IMG/VR virus record: IMGVR_UViG_3300027887_000040 | Location: 1 to 30,467 of that record | Length of the DNA: 30,467 bases | Source of the DNA: a virus | Lineage: Duplodnaviria; Caudoviricetes | Strand: one strand, 5' to 3' | Part shown: positions 1-10,096 of the stretch, piece after piece | Position numbering within the stretch: the first letter of the stretch is position 1 | Layout: the number at the start of each line of letters is the position of its first letter | The notes under the pieces: generated by a model | Seen by the model: only the letters and a program-made list of their open reading frames with translations | Databases searched by the model: none | Told to the model about the DNA's origin: nothing | Program-made: the position numbers and the translations under genes

Positions 1-1
1 T

Positions 2-427
2 CGGACTCGCCGGATCTTCGTAGATGGCTCGCTTCCACCCCTCTCCAGTGAGATACCGTTCGGCCAACGCCCCGGAGCCTTGCTTCCACATTTCCCTGCG
101 CCGTTCGTCCTCCGGAGAATCCTTGGAGATCGCCTGGATCAACGGGCTACCGGATGCGGCCTCCATCGCCGTGTTGGCCCCGCGAGCCAGTTCGGGCCAG
201 TAATAGGGGTTGAAGAGTTTGAGGACGTTCGCCCCCAGGTTGTACGCAGATCCCGGCAAGGCTCTAGCGGAGTGTCCCCAAAACTCGCCGCTCAACATCG
301 ACGGCATCGGCTCTTTCTGCTGCCCGAAATCAACTTGAGCCCCTTGCGGAACCGGCTCCATCTCGAAAGACACCTTCGCCTTCGGGTCTACCGATTCAAA
401 CTTCATCGGATTCTTGTCGCCGTTCAT
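2..427 (-). CDS. Probable internal virion/ejection protein, 5' part only (MNGDKNPMKFESVDP...), runs off the window
   Basis: ATG at 427 overlaps the upstream stop (ATGA) and follows a GGAGG-like RBS. The frame is open to the window edge. Not in the ORF track because it is truncated. Function inferred from position. Confidence 0.6.
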   Translation of the reverse strand, partial: MNGDKNPMKFESVDPKAKVSFEMEPVPQGAQVDFGQQKEPMPSMLSGEFWGHSARALPGSAYNLGANVLKLFNPYYWPELARGANTAMEAASGSPLIQAISKDSPEDERRREMWKQGSGALAERYLTGEGWKRAIYEDPASP

Positions 428-1977
428 CTCCGACCCCCCAGGTACTCCTGCTCCCTGCCCTCTGGAACCATCTGTCCTTCAGAGGCGAACAGCCGTCGTT
501 TGCCGTTCACGGTCCCCCACTTCGGCCATTCACTCTTCTGCTTGTCCCACCCGCCGCCTTGAGCCTTCGCCGCATCTTCGGAGTTCTTGTCGTAGTTGAT
601 GAGATCCTGATTCAGCTTCACAATGATCCGTCGTTGCTCCTCCGGATTCTTGGCGTCTATCAGATTCTCCATCGCATCGACGTACATCTGCCGTTTCGTT
701 TGCAGCTTCCGATTGACCTCTCCAACAAGACCATTGATCGCCTGGATCTGACTCTTAGACAGGAACCGCACGGCGTTCGGATCTGTCTTGAATCGGTTGA
801 GAGCGATCCCCAGCTCGTCCCACGCTCCACGGGAAGAGACGATGCGGGAAATCTCAGCTTCCGACATTCTCAGGCCGGAACCCAGACCGCCGCCCATCGC
901 ACTCAACAACTCCGGAGCAATCAACTGATCGGCCACAGCAGTTCCGGAGTTCAAGCTGGCGATCAACCTCCCCATACGATCAGACTGATCGTTCATCTTG
1001 GTGAGAGGATCGTTGAGGTTCTTGTATCGAGCCTCGAAACTGCGTTGGAGTTGACCTGTGTCGAAGCGCTGTCCAACCTCTCCCTGAACATAGCGCGACC
1101 CGAGAAGCATCGCGCTGTCGATTGACTTGCGCTCCATCTCCTCTTCTGGAGTAATCATGCCGGCCAACCGCTTTTGCTCAAGCGCCTGATACCGCTCCGG
1201 AAGAGAGGTCTTGTACTCCTTCGCCTCTTGTTGGATCAACCGTGGATCAAGAGGTTCGTTCCCGGGACCAAACCACGAGATATTCCCCGCCTCGTCTCCC
1301 TGGAACCTCGCCAGCATCGGCTTGCCCCCGTAGGTTACGTCCTTCATCCCACGCAGAGGATTGATCTGATGCGACCGATACGGCAGGTTGTGTCCGGTAA
1401 CGATCTCCCCTTGCTCGAACGGAGTGAAGACGTGACCGTAATTCCTGGCAACGAAATCAGCCATCTTCTGTCGCTTCTGCTCGTCTCTGATCGTGTCGGC
1501 GTCAGCCGCCAGATAGGGCTGCATCGCCTGTGCCCGATGCTGCCACTGTTGCATCTGGCGAGCGCCCTCGGCTCTGGCGTTCTGCTGCTCCCACGCCTGT
1601 CGCTGCATCCTCATCGGGCCGTAGCCGGGAATCTTGTCCATCGCCCACTGTTTCAACGCCCCGCCAATCGTGGGCTTCGGCATCTCCGGCGTGGCTTGAC
1701 TGGGCGCCTGTCCTAGAATCCTCTCCCATTTGGCGAACGGGTTGTCGTCTTGAGGAAGAACTCCAGGCACCGGCATCCGGGGCCGAAGATCCGTTCGTGG
1801 CTGCAACTCCGGGCCGAGCGTCCCGCTGGGCGACGGGAAATACTGCGGGTCAGGCGCCGGCATCCCGTAGCCAGTCGGCATATAGACGGGCTCCGGCCCC
1901 AGGAGATTCTCCTCGTCAATCTGCCTCATCATGTCAATGACAGGCGTTCGATCGTAAGATTGCCTCTGACCCATCAC
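424..1977 (-). CDS. Probable ejection (DNA transfer/internal virion) protein, 517 aa
   Basis: Pro/Met/Gln-rich N-terminus and helical Q/E/R-rich body, lying downstream of the tail nozzle gene as in podoviruses. GGAGG RBS upstream. Confidence 0.6.
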   Translation of the reverse strand: MMGQRQSYDRTPVIDMMRQIDEENLLGPEPVYMPTGYGMPAPDPQYFPSPSGTLGPELQPRTDLRPRMPVPGVLPQDDNPFAKWERILGQAPSQATPEMPKPTIGGALKQWAMDKIPGYGPMRMQRQAWEQQNARAEGARQMQQWQHRAQAMQPYLAADADTIRDEQKRQKMADFVARNYGHVFTPFEQGEIVTGHNLPYRSHQINPLRGMKDVTYGGKPMLARFQGDEAGNISWFGPGNEPLDPRLIQQEAKEYKTSLPERYQALEQKRLAGMITPEEEMERKSIDSAMLLGSRYVQGEVGQRFDTGQLQRSFEARYKNLNDPLTKMNDQSDRMGRLIASLNSGTAVADQLIAPELLSAMGGGLGSGLRMSEAEISRIVSSRGAWDELGIALNRFKTDPNAVRFLSKSQIQAINGLVGEVNRKLQTKRQMYVDAMENLIDAKNPEEQRRIIVKLNQDLINYDKNSEDAAKAQGGGWDKQKSEWPKWGTVNGKRRLFASEGQMVPEGREQEYLGGRR

Positions 1978-1986
1978 GAACCTCCG

Positions 1987-2709
1987 TTACTGCCCCATCA
2001 ACATACTCATCGCTTTGTCGGCTTGGCGCATCCAGAACCCAGGCTTCGCTTTCTCGGCAAGCAAACTGCCTTGTTGCCCATAAGACGGGAGCATGAAGTC
2101 GGAGTAGAACTGCCCCTCTCCCATGATCGACTTCAGGTATTGATCCATCGCATTCTGCGACAGACCCATGCTCTGAAGCTGCTGTCCGCGATTCGCTAGA
2201 TCCATCCCCTGGACGTTCTGGAGACCTTGAGCGCCCTTCCAGAGATCCTCTCTCGACGCCTCGCCCTGGGAAATGTCAATGTCTCGCATCGCTTCGCGCA
2301 TCTGCCGTGCGGCGTCTCGCCCGTAGTCCTGAGTAGCACGGATGCCGATCCCCGTGTTTCCCATGCCGGCCGCAGCCACCTGCTTCGAAAGTTGAGCCAT
2401 CTGCGCCCGCCGCGCCCCAGCGATCGTGTCCATCGCACGGGACCGCATACCCTGAAGAGTCCCCTCGTCGTAGCCCCGCTTGGACGGGTCGCTCATCACG
2501 CCAGTCATGAACGATCGCAGAGTCCCGATGTCCCCCGTTGCGCTCGTCCGATCGGCCTCCATTCCCTGCCGGAACGGATCAATCACCTTGCTCTGGAAAT
2601 CGAGCGCCCGCTCCCCGTAGTTGTTGAACTTCGGGACGTAACTCTTCAGAAGATCATTTCTCTGCTGCCCCAACTGATCCGACAAATCCTTGAAGTTTTG
2701 GAGACCCAT
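1987..2709 (-). CDS. Probable small ejection/pilot protein, 240 aa
   Basis: Gln/Gly/Ala/Met-rich helical protein with an AAAGMGNTGIG segment typical of DNA-transfer proteins. AGGAGAGG RBS. Position after the nozzle gene. Confidence 0.55.
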   Translation of the reverse strand: MGLQNFKDLSDQLGQQRNDLLKSYVPKFNNYGERALDFQSKVIDPFRQGMEADRTSATGDIGTLRSFMTGVMSDPSKRGYDEGTLQGMRSRAMDTIAGARRAQMAQLSKQVAAAGMGNTGIGIRATQDYGRDAARQMREAMRDIDISQGEASREDLWKGAQGLQNVQGMDLANRGQQLQSMGLSQNAMDQYLKSIMGEGQFYSDFMLPSYGQQGSLLAEKAKPGFWMRQADKAMSMLMGQ

Positions 2710-2718
2710 TTTCCTCTC

Positions 2719-3162
2719 CTAAATCACATCCACGACTTCGGCCCCGGCAACCCCGCCGGCCTCACCGTTCAGGTTGACCCATTGTACCCAATACAGCCAC
2801 GTCCCCGTCGATACTTCTACGTCAAGATACTTGGTGGTACGAACGCAGCTTACCAGCACACCCTTGTCCTCGTTGTCACTGAAGACCTCGCGGGGATCAA
2901 TCGAAGCATCCGCCTTCCAGATCCGAGCCCCGTCCAGAGACGGCCGCAACTCGTCCGGAACATCGTCCCACCCCAGAACAGCATAGCCCGCACCCCCGGC
3001 CGACTCGAAATTCTCCGGAACCGGCATCTGATCCACCCACCGATCCTGATTCACGGCATTGACCAATCTCTTCAGTTCTTGATTGAGGAGAGCTACGTTC
3101 TCCCTCTTCGTGAGATCCTGAAGGTTCTTTGGTAGCTGGAGAAGGTTCTGTTCGTTTGCCAT
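2719..3162 (-). CDS. Hypothetical virion protein with an Fn3/Ig-like C-terminal half, 147 aa
   Basis: Short helical N-terminus, then 'LGWD...IWKA...YLD...LYWVQWVNLNGEAG', an Fn3-like strand pattern. Coupled to the upstream gene (TGATG). Confidence 0.55.
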   Translation of the reverse strand: MANEQNLLQLPKNLQDLTKRENVALLNQELKRLVNAVNQDRWVDQMPVPENFESAGGAGYAVLGWDDVPDELRPSLDGARIWKADASIDPREVFSDNEDKGVLVSCVRTTKYLDVEVSTGTWLYWVQWVNLNGEAGGVAGAEVVDVI

Positions 3163-5042
3163 CAGTCGATCGCCGGCTTGAGTTTCGATCCAAAAACCAA
3201 CTTGTGAATGCGGTAATGCTGTCCCATTTCGGCATTGTCAAATCGCCACTTGATCCAGTTGTAGGTTCCGACAGACCCTCCGTAGAGAATCGTCTTGGAG
3301 TATGGGCGAATCGTCGGCCAAGCATGAGCCTTGAAGGTGACGTTGAACGTGCCGCGAACAGTGTCGTGGTTGAAATCCGTGTAGTACGTCGCCTGAAGCG
3401 AGAACTCATCGTCCAAGGCGCTCGCCGGCTCCCCACTCGCGTAAATCTTCAGATACCTGGGAATCGTCCTCGTCCGCTCCCATTCCGGGCTCTGAAGGAG
3501 TTTGGGGAAATTCATCCAGGGAGTGACGGCGTAAGACGTAACGGAGAACGTAACGCCGAACTTCATGTCATCGTTCCGACCCGGAGCGTTAGGCGGATTG
3601 AAGATCCACAGGTTGCCCTGACTATCCCCGCCGAACAGGTACTCGTAATCGTCCTTGTTCTGAACGAGCGCCATCACCCTCGGGGCACACCCGTTGTACC
3701 TCGTCCAAGTGTTGCGCTCGTAGCTCCAGACCAGAATCGTGTCGTTCTCCCCTGCGCTTCCGTCCTCACGACAGGCGAAGAAGATTTGCTTATAGTATTT
3801 GTAGTTCGCCAGGAACATCTTGGCCGGCGGAACGACGATGTTCTGATAGTTGAGAGTCCTCAAGTGTTCGCGGATCACCGTCGAGATTTCTTGCGGCGGA
3901 TTCGAGCCGGTATCGACAAACGCACCCTCGTCCGCAAACCACACCATTCGTCCGGGTCCGAGCGTCACCGCACGCTGACCGACCACCCCCGTCTTCCCGT
4001 CGTACAGCCTCGCATTGAAGTTGTCTTGGTGCTCCCCCTCGCAGACGAACACACTGTCGGCTTTGAGCACCATCTTCCGATCGAAGCTGTCACCAAAAGC
4101 CCGTACCTCCTGACCGTCGCCAGAAACGCACTTGGCGTAGTTGTCCGACCACTGACGGTGAAACCCGCGATTTGACGCCCAGACAACATCGGGTCTGCGC
4201 TTGTCGCCGGCTATGAGGAGCATATCTTCATAGATCGTAACGACCCGACCTTCGGGGGCATCCTCCAAGTATTCCGGGGGGAAATCGGATGCCCCCAACT
4301 CGGCCAGCGATCCGGTGTACGAGAACGTCCCTCCGGTCGTGGACATAGTTCCCGCCAACTGGTACTCGCTCATCTTCGGTCCAAGGAGATAAACCTTGAT
4401 GTACGAGACAGTGGGATCTGCTGGCTCCGTCACCCCAACTTGGATGCCGTTGTTGCTCACAACCACGGCATCGCTCTCCGGGCTAAGAGGGGATTCGTTT
4501 CCCCACGCATCCACATACGATGCGACCGCGTAGAACGTGCCGGAATAGCTTGTGGAGCCGGTCGTTCCAATCGTGATCGTGCCCGGAGCAGTCAGAGTGA
4601 TGTCCTGAAAATAGTAGTTGCCACCAATGCAGCACAGCATCTTCGGGACCGCCGAAGTCTCGCCGGCTATGAAGCAGATCCCGTTGTCGTCTGTGCAAGC
4701 GTTGTGAAACTCGTCTGTCGTTCCAAACGTGTACGAGATCGTGTTCGAAGAGTTGAAACCCTCGATGACGTATCCGGCCGCTCCCGCAATAACTACCGTC
4801 CTCTGGCGATCCGTCAGACTGTTAAACCCTAGTTGGTTCTGCCAGTCGTAGATCAGATTGATCGCAGATCCAAACGTCAGGCTAACCGTCGTTGTCCCAC
4901 GACGCTTCGCCAGCACGCCGCCCTGATCGAACTCGACGTTCTGAACCTCGGACCAGAAGTGAGGATCGGTATCCGCTTCGGGGTCGTACCGATTGAACCC
5001 CTGCCAGTTCGATAGCTCGTATTGAATAGTCTTGAGAGGCAT
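3162..5042 (-). CDS. Tail nozzle / tail tubular protein B-like (P22 gp10 / T7 gp12 analogue), 626 aa
   Basis: N-terminal 'GFN...QNVEF...GVLAKRRG' and beta-propeller-like repeats (LLIAG, VVWAS, VLKADSVF, TGVVG, LVWSY...W, LFGGDSQGNLW) typical of podovirus nozzle proteins. Position before the ejection genes. Confidence 0.7.
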   Translation of the reverse strand: MPLKTIQYELSNWQGFNRYDPEADTDPHFWSEVQNVEFDQGGVLAKRRGTTTVSLTFGSAINLIYDWQNQLGFNSLTDRQRTVVIAGAAGYVIEGFNSSNTISYTFGTTDEFHNACTDDNGICFIAGETSAVPKMLCCIGGNYYFQDITLTAPGTITIGTTGSTSYSGTFYAVASYVDAWGNESPLSPESDAVVVSNNGIQVGVTEPADPTVSYIKVYLLGPKMSEYQLAGTMSTTGGTFSYTGSLAELGASDFPPEYLEDAPEGRVVTIYEDMLLIAGDKRRPDVVWASNRGFHRQWSDNYAKCVSGDGQEVRAFGDSFDRKMVLKADSVFVCEGEHQDNFNARLYDGKTGVVGQRAVTLGPGRMVWFADEGAFVDTGSNPPQEISTVIREHLRTLNYQNIVVPPAKMFLANYKYYKQIFFACREDGSAGENDTILVWSYERNTWTRYNGCAPRVMALVQNKDDYEYLFGGDSQGNLWIFNPPNAPGRNDDMKFGVTFSVTSYAVTPWMNFPKLLQSPEWERTRTIPRYLKIYASGEPASALDDEFSLQATYYTDFNHDTVRGTFNVTFKAHAWPTIRPYSKTILYGGSVGTYNWIKWRFDNAEMGQHYRIHKLVFGSKLKPAID

Positions 5043-5395
5043 CAGAACTCCGCAGCGCCAGGAGTCACAACAAAGTCGCCCGACTCCAACACCTTGACCG
5101 TGCCGTTCGCCAGCAAGATTCGATGATCGAAGACGTAGTTCTCGTTCTTTCCGGATTCCGAGACGCTCTGAGTTGCCGTGGAATGGATCGTCAACTCGTA
5201 GATTCCGCTCGCAGTATCGACGAACGAAATCCCCATCGTGTTGCTATTAAGCTCGAAAAGAGCGGAAGCATCCTTCCATGTTCGCTTCACAACGAACTTG
5301 ATCGTGCAACCATCTAGGCTGAGAGAAGCGTTGGGACCAGCACTGAGAGTGCAAGTCCACTTACGGGATTCCAAGCGAGCGATTCTAATGTGCAT
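5042..5395 (-). CDS. BppU-N-like/Ig-fold tail accessory protein, 117 aa (start reassigned to MHIRIARLES at 5395)
   Basis: 'SLDGCTIKFVVKR...GISFVDTASGIYELTIHSTAT...YVFD...GTVKVLESGDFVV' matches the small BppU-like pattern. The ATG lies 1 nt after the upstream stop. Confidence 0.6.
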   Translation of the reverse strand: MHIRIARLESRKWTCTLSAGPNASLSLDGCTIKFVVKRTWKDASALFELNSNTMGISFVDTASGIYELTIHSTATQSVSESGKNENYVFDHRILLANGTVKVLESGDFVVTPGAAEF

Positions 5396-5396
5396 T

Positions 5397-7562
5397 TCAA
5401 CAAACCCTTTCCACGGTCCAAGGATGCTCCGGAACTCGCGTGAAGCATACGAAATCGGCCGGGACTCTGCGGGTCCACACCGAGCAAGGCGCCGCATTCT
5501 GGAACAGGAACGCACAGTTCGCCGTGGAGTAATCGCCCATCCCGTTCGCAAACTGCAACTGGTAGTTCACGCCATACGTTCCAGCGAACGTGAACGATGC
5601 CGTAGACCCGGAGCCCGAATCAAGCGGCGTCGTTGATCCGTAGATGACCACACGCCACAACGTCGCATCCGACCCGTAGCCCTCACCCGTTACCTGACCA
5701 GTCTCGGGATCGTAGCTCGCCGTCACGCCGATGCACGCGCCGGAAGGCAAATCGGACGGAACGACCTTCCCGACCTCCAACATCTCGGCCCAACCGGAAC
5801 CGTCGGCTTCCGCCCAGAAGCGACCACTCGCTTCGGACAAGAACACGATAACGGCGGCGGAACAATGGTTGATGATCGTGTTCCCTGGATACCCGGAGCC
5901 AAGATAGCTAGTGTAGTGGCAGATGTACCGATTGCCCTCCGTCAACGCCTCCGACAATTCGGCGCTACGTTGCCGCTCAAGCGCAGACGTTGAGAAGTCG
6001 AGTTGACTCTCCGCTATGTCATCACCCCAACTGCCTTCGACGATCGCAGCCGTCGCAAAGTAGAGTGTTGGAAACGTGCTGGACTGCGTGATGGAGAGCG
6101 TGACATCACTCGGCATCGCCGCGCCGAGATCGAATCCGACACCAACCATCTGATTCGGGAAAATCTCTCGGATCGTACCGTACTGCCCCGCGCACATCGC
6201 AAGCTGAGACGAGTGAGACATTTCGGGAGTAGATGCCATCCCAATGACGATGTAGACCACCGATTCGACCAACGTCCCAGGAAACTCGGAGTAGTCGAAT
6301 CCAAATATGTTCAGGTGCGTACTCTCGCCCCCGAGAAGCGTCACCGATGCCGCACACGTTTCAATCGGCCCTGTGTCGGCAAACCCCGACATATTCGCCG
6401 TGTCGGACCACGTTACCCCGGCGACATTCTCAGATCCGCCGGCATAGGTCCGAGCCCAGTTCAAACCCTCGTCTTTCAGGCCGCAATCCAATAGGTAAAG
6501 ACTCGCGCCACCCCCGGTCTCCTTCGCCGTTTGTTCGAAGTAGAACGTGGCCCCGTCAGTGTACTTCGACGGTTGATGGACGTATCGGCGCGTGTAATCG
6601 TGGGCCTGGGCCCCCCAGCCCCCTTTTATGACAGATCCCGCCTTGATGTGAATCTCTGCCTTGCTCGCGTTTGTGAGGACGGCTTCCAATTGGGCCTTGA
6701 CGAGACAGCCCATCGCATACGAGCCCTCTGCGGCCAACTTGATTTTGACAACAAAATCGTCGCCGTCCGTGAAGTTGGCAGCGTCATTCGCAAGATTGAC
6801 AGACTTTCTCGTTGGGATGACGGAAGTGAACTCTATCTCGCTCCCTTCCACCATTTGGTTCGTAGTCCGGTTGAACAGAGCGGCCGTCATGACGGCGGCT
6901 GTCCTAACCGGCAAGCCGGCAACCTCATCGTCCCGACAGTGCCCGACAACGGTGAATGTCCAATGGTCAAGCGTTTGCCAGTTCGCGTCTACTTTGTTGA
7001 AGCGCCGGAAATACTTCTCCACTTGTCCGGCGTAAGTCCCGAAGCAATAGTCGGTGGCCTCGTAAGCCGCCACGCCGTATGCCCAGAAGTCGTTGGCGAC
7101 TGCCGTCTCCTGCCCGCCGCCCGTAGACTCTTCCCCGTCAAACAGGAAGACGGGAATCCTCATGTCGTCCGCATCGTGAACCTCAATCCAGATCCGAGCG
7201 GAACGACTGACGAACTTTAGATTCCCAGTTTCGTATTTGAGATAGTAGTTTGTGGCCGAACTGGAAAGAGTTATCGAGACTTCTTTGCGGTAGTAGTCGA
7301 GCCAAGCCTCAGCGTAGAAGGACAGCGAACCGTACTCAACATCGTCATCGTCTACGAGCGTGATCGTGCTCGTATCGCTTGCGACGATTCCAGGCTGATT
7401 ATATCCCTCAATCTCGAATGAAGCCGAGATGATCTTATCAATGCCGCCGAAGTCTGCGGGATCAATGCGGACAATGGACCCAAGCCACTTTTGGGCTACG
7501 ACCGGATCTTCGTAGAGTTCGCATGGAGCAAGCTCGAAAGGGATTGCTGCCTTCAGTCCCAT
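5397..7562 (-). CDS. Large acidic beta-rich virion structural protein (tail spike/fibre candidate), 721 aa
   Basis: Long ORF with an RBS, acidic S/T/G/aromatic-rich composition and apparent internal repeats, inside the tail module. Confidence 0.6.
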   Translation of the reverse strand: MGLKAAIPFELAPCELYEDPVVAQKWLGSIVRIDPADFGGIDKIISASFEIEGYNQPGIVASDTSTITLVDDDDVEYGSLSFYAEAWLDYYRKEVSITLSSSATNYYLKYETGNLKFVSRSARIWIEVHDADDMRIPVFLFDGEESTGGGQETAVANDFWAYGVAAYEATDYCFGTYAGQVEKYFRRFNKVDANWQTLDHWTFTVVGHCRDDEVAGLPVRTAAVMTAALFNRTTNQMVEGSEIEFTSVIPTRKSVNLANDAANFTDGDDFVVKIKLAAEGSYAMGCLVKAQLEAVLTNASKAEIHIKAGSVIKGGWGAQAHDYTRRYVHQPSKYTDGATFYFEQTAKETGGGASLYLLDCGLKDEGLNWARTYAGGSENVAGVTWSDTANMSGFADTGPIETCAASVTLLGGESTHLNIFGFDYSEFPGTLVESVVYIVIGMASTPEMSHSSQLAMCAGQYGTIREIFPNQMVGVGFDLGAAMPSDVTLSITQSSTFPTLYFATAAIVEGSWGDDIAESQLDFSTSALERQRSAELSEALTEGNRYICHYTSYLGSGYPGNTIINHCSAAVIVFLSEASGRFWAEADGSGWAEMLEVGKVVPSDLPSGACIGVTASYDPETGQVTGEGYGSDATLWRVVIYGSTTPLDSGSGSTASFTFAGTYGVNYQLQFANGMGDYSTANCAFLFQNAAPCSVWTRRVPADFVCFTRVPEHPWTVERVC

Positions 7563-7570
7563 TTCCCGCC

Positions 7571-10096
7571 TTACAGAATGTTATCAGGGTCAAGGAATCC
7601 TACCGTCCCATCATCGTTCGTCGCACTCGTCATCGTGCCAGCGCCGGAGCCCGGAACCGTCTCGGTGTCAGGATTCGTAGCGTTGTAACCCGACTTCTGG
7701 CGCCACACATACACCGTGCCGGCGTCGAGATAGAACGTAACCTGACCATAGGCGTCGGTCCTTCCAGAAGCCAGGACGTTCGTCCCAGCACTGTCGGATG
7801 TAACCCACACATCGGCGTCTGCGATCGGATCTCCCCCAGGATACTCGGTGAGAGTGTAGACGTAGGCGATCGCCCCGGCTCCGGCCGCTCCGGACGTGAG
7901 AGTTCTCGACGCCGCTCCCCAGACCGCCGTAGCGATTGCGGCCTCGGTAAGCGTAGACGACGCCGTGGGCGCCAACTCCAGAGCATTCTCCGTGAACCGG
8001 AAAACTCCAGCGTCATACTCCATCGCGGTATCCAGCTTGCCAGCCACACCAAGAACAGCGTCAAGGTTGGTGTCAATGTCCGACAGGCTGGAGTTGACAT
8101 TCTGAACTTCCGTCAGCACATCCGACAGTGTGACAGAAAGAAGCGCGAGTGTGCCCTCAACCGTATCGACATACGCTTCGATCGAAGCGGCAGACGCCTC
8201 AAGCGTATCGACGTACCCCGCGATTTCGGACATGGAAGAAGAGAGCGCATCCACGCCATCCTGAACTGTGGATAACGAAGAACCAGTCGCGGCATTGTTG
8301 ATCGCCTCCCCGAGAGATCCGGCAGCCGGAGCGGAGTTGTCCACGTCACGAACCGCCGCCGCAATCTCGGACGCATCGACCGGCTCGCCGGAATCCGAAG
8401 TCAACGTCCTCGTCGCGTAATCCCAGACATCTTGAGCGGAAATGCTGGCCGGCGCCGTCCCCGTCTCGCTCTGGACCGTCGAAACCAGAACACGGTCAAG
8501 ATAGAGCCTATGCGCCGTGTTGGTTGAAGCAGACACGAACCGGATCTTCACCTGACCCGTCGCGGGGTCCATGTGCTCCCGGTTCAGCGGATAGGAGTAG
8601 TCTGCGTCAGAGTTCCGGCTCGCCATCCGAGTTGACGAGTTGCTGAGTTTGTCCCAAACGTCAATCAGGTAATCGTAGGCGTAGACATCGCAATACTGCC
8701 CCGAGCCGTTCCAATATCCGTTGATCGCAACCCCGACCGGAGCCCTGCCGGTCCCGATCTCAAAGAACATCGTCATGTCCAGACCGCTCGCCGCCGGCCT
8801 GAGAGTGTACGGGTTGTTGTCATCCGTCTGCGTGTTGACATAAGAACCGGCGATCGTTGTCCCGTAGGTCACAGACGCACTATCAGCCGCATCTGTAGTA
8901 GGAGCGATCGTGGAGAGCGAGTCGGCAAGATCGTCGATAGACTCCTGAATCGTGCTGAGTGTCGAGTTGAGAAGCGCCGAGTACGGCGCGACCAGAGCCA
9001 TCGCATCGCCAGCCTTCGCGGGAGCATAGTTCGGCTGAGTTGCGGCCAGAGTCACATCACCGACCAACACGGTCCCACTGATCGTGACGCTCCCAACCTC
9101 CGCGAGTACGTTGTCACCGTTGAACGTCAACTGATCGGTTTGAGCCTTGATCTCCGTGACGTTCGTCCCCATCGTCGAGCCGAGAAGCTCATTGGCGATT
9201 CCGCTCTGAGTGAGAGGATTGGCGTATCGGACGAGAACCTGGTCGATATAGAGAATGGTCCCGCTTTCGAGAGTGTTGCCCTCGAATCGTATCCGCACCT
9301 TCCCATCATCCGCGCCGGTTCCAACGTGTTTCGTGAGAAGCGTCATCAACTTGACTACATCGGTTGTGGAATTTGAACCAACGAAATCACCGGCAGCAGG
9401 AGAAATGTGATCCCAAGCAGAACCAACCCAGTCCCAAGCATACGTGTCAACGGAGTCCCCGCCGTATGGAGCGGAACCCTCGTGCAACCTACCCAGCACA
9501 GAGACCTCAACCGGAACACCCTCAGTCCCGATGTTGAACTCGTAGTAGCAATCAATGTTGTACGGATTGCTTCCGGCGTTCTGCGCGGCGATTTGGTGAT
9601 AGCTCTGATTCGCAAGCTGGGTGAACGTGTACGAGTTGGTCTGCGTCCCATAACTCATCGAGAACGTAGTCGCCACGGTGTTCAACGCGCTTCCCGTGAC
9701 GGCAATATCACGGACCTGTGCTTGATAAGCAGGATAGTTGCTCCCGATGATCCCCGAACCGTCGTATTGGGCCTCAAGGTTGTCAGCCGCCGTTGCGTCT
9801 CCAGAAATCTTCACAACGTCCGAGTCAAATTCGGTGTAGACCTGAACCGTGGAAGGCACGGCTCCCGTTCCGATGAACGTGAATGCGATGTAGTCGAAAT
9901 TAGTCTCGGACTGGACCGGCTTGTATATGTGAAGACCATTCCCAAGATGCTCGCACACTCCGCTCGCGCTTCCGCCGAGAGATTGCGTGAACGTGTCTCC
10001 GGTAATGTAAACCGAGACCGCCCCCGCGAAGGCAGCACCGTTCGTCGCACTGACCATCTGTGCGCCGACTTGTTGACCCGCCACGTTCTTTTTCAT
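7571..10096 (-). CDS. Tail fibre/spike-like protein, 841 aa, with a duplicated beta-sandwich domain, coiled coil and C-terminal prealbumin/carboxypeptidase-regulatory-like domain
   Basis: Two similar ~140-150 aa domains, repeated 'VW...RTLT' motifs, a heptad region, and C-terminal 'PIADADVWV...GRTDAYGQVTFYLDAGTVYVWRQKSGY'. Confidence 0.65.
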   Translation of the reverse strand: MKKNVAGQQVGAQMVSATNGAAFAGAVSVYITGDTFTQSLGGSASGVCEHLGNGLHIYKPVQSETNFDYIAFTFIGTGAVPSTVQVYTEFDSDVVKISGDATAADNLEAQYDGSGIIGSNYPAYQAQVRDIAVTGSALNTVATTFSMSYGTQTNSYTFTQLANQSYHQIAAQNAGSNPYNIDCYYEFNIGTEGVPVEVSVLGRLHEGSAPYGGDSVDTYAWDWVGSAWDHISPAAGDFVGSNSTTDVVKLMTLLTKHVGTGADDGKVRIRFEGNTLESGTILYIDQVLVRYANPLTQSGIANELLGSTMGTNVTEIKAQTDQLTFNGDNVLAEVGSVTISGTVLVGDVTLAATQPNYAPAKAGDAMALVAPYSALLNSTLSTIQESIDDLADSLSTIAPTTDAADSASVTYGTTIAGSYVNTQTDDNNPYTLRPAASGLDMTMFFEIGTGRAPVGVAINGYWNGSGQYCDVYAYDYLIDVWDKLSNSSTRMASRNSDADYSYPLNREHMDPATGQVKIRFVSASTNTAHRLYLDRVLVSTVQSETGTAPASISAQDVWDYATRTLTSDSGEPVDASEIAAAVRDVDNSAPAAGSLGEAINNAATGSSLSTVQDGVDALSSSMSEIAGYVDTLEASAASIEAYVDTVEGTLALLSVTLSDVLTEVQNVNSSLSDIDTNLDAVLGVAGKLDTAMEYDAGVFRFTENALELAPTASSTLTEAAIATAVWGAASRTLTSGAAGAGAIAYVYTLTEYPGGDPIADADVWVTSDSAGTNVLASGRTDAYGQVTFYLDAGTVYVWRQKSGYNATNPDTETVPGSGAGTMTSATNDDGTVGFLDPDNIL

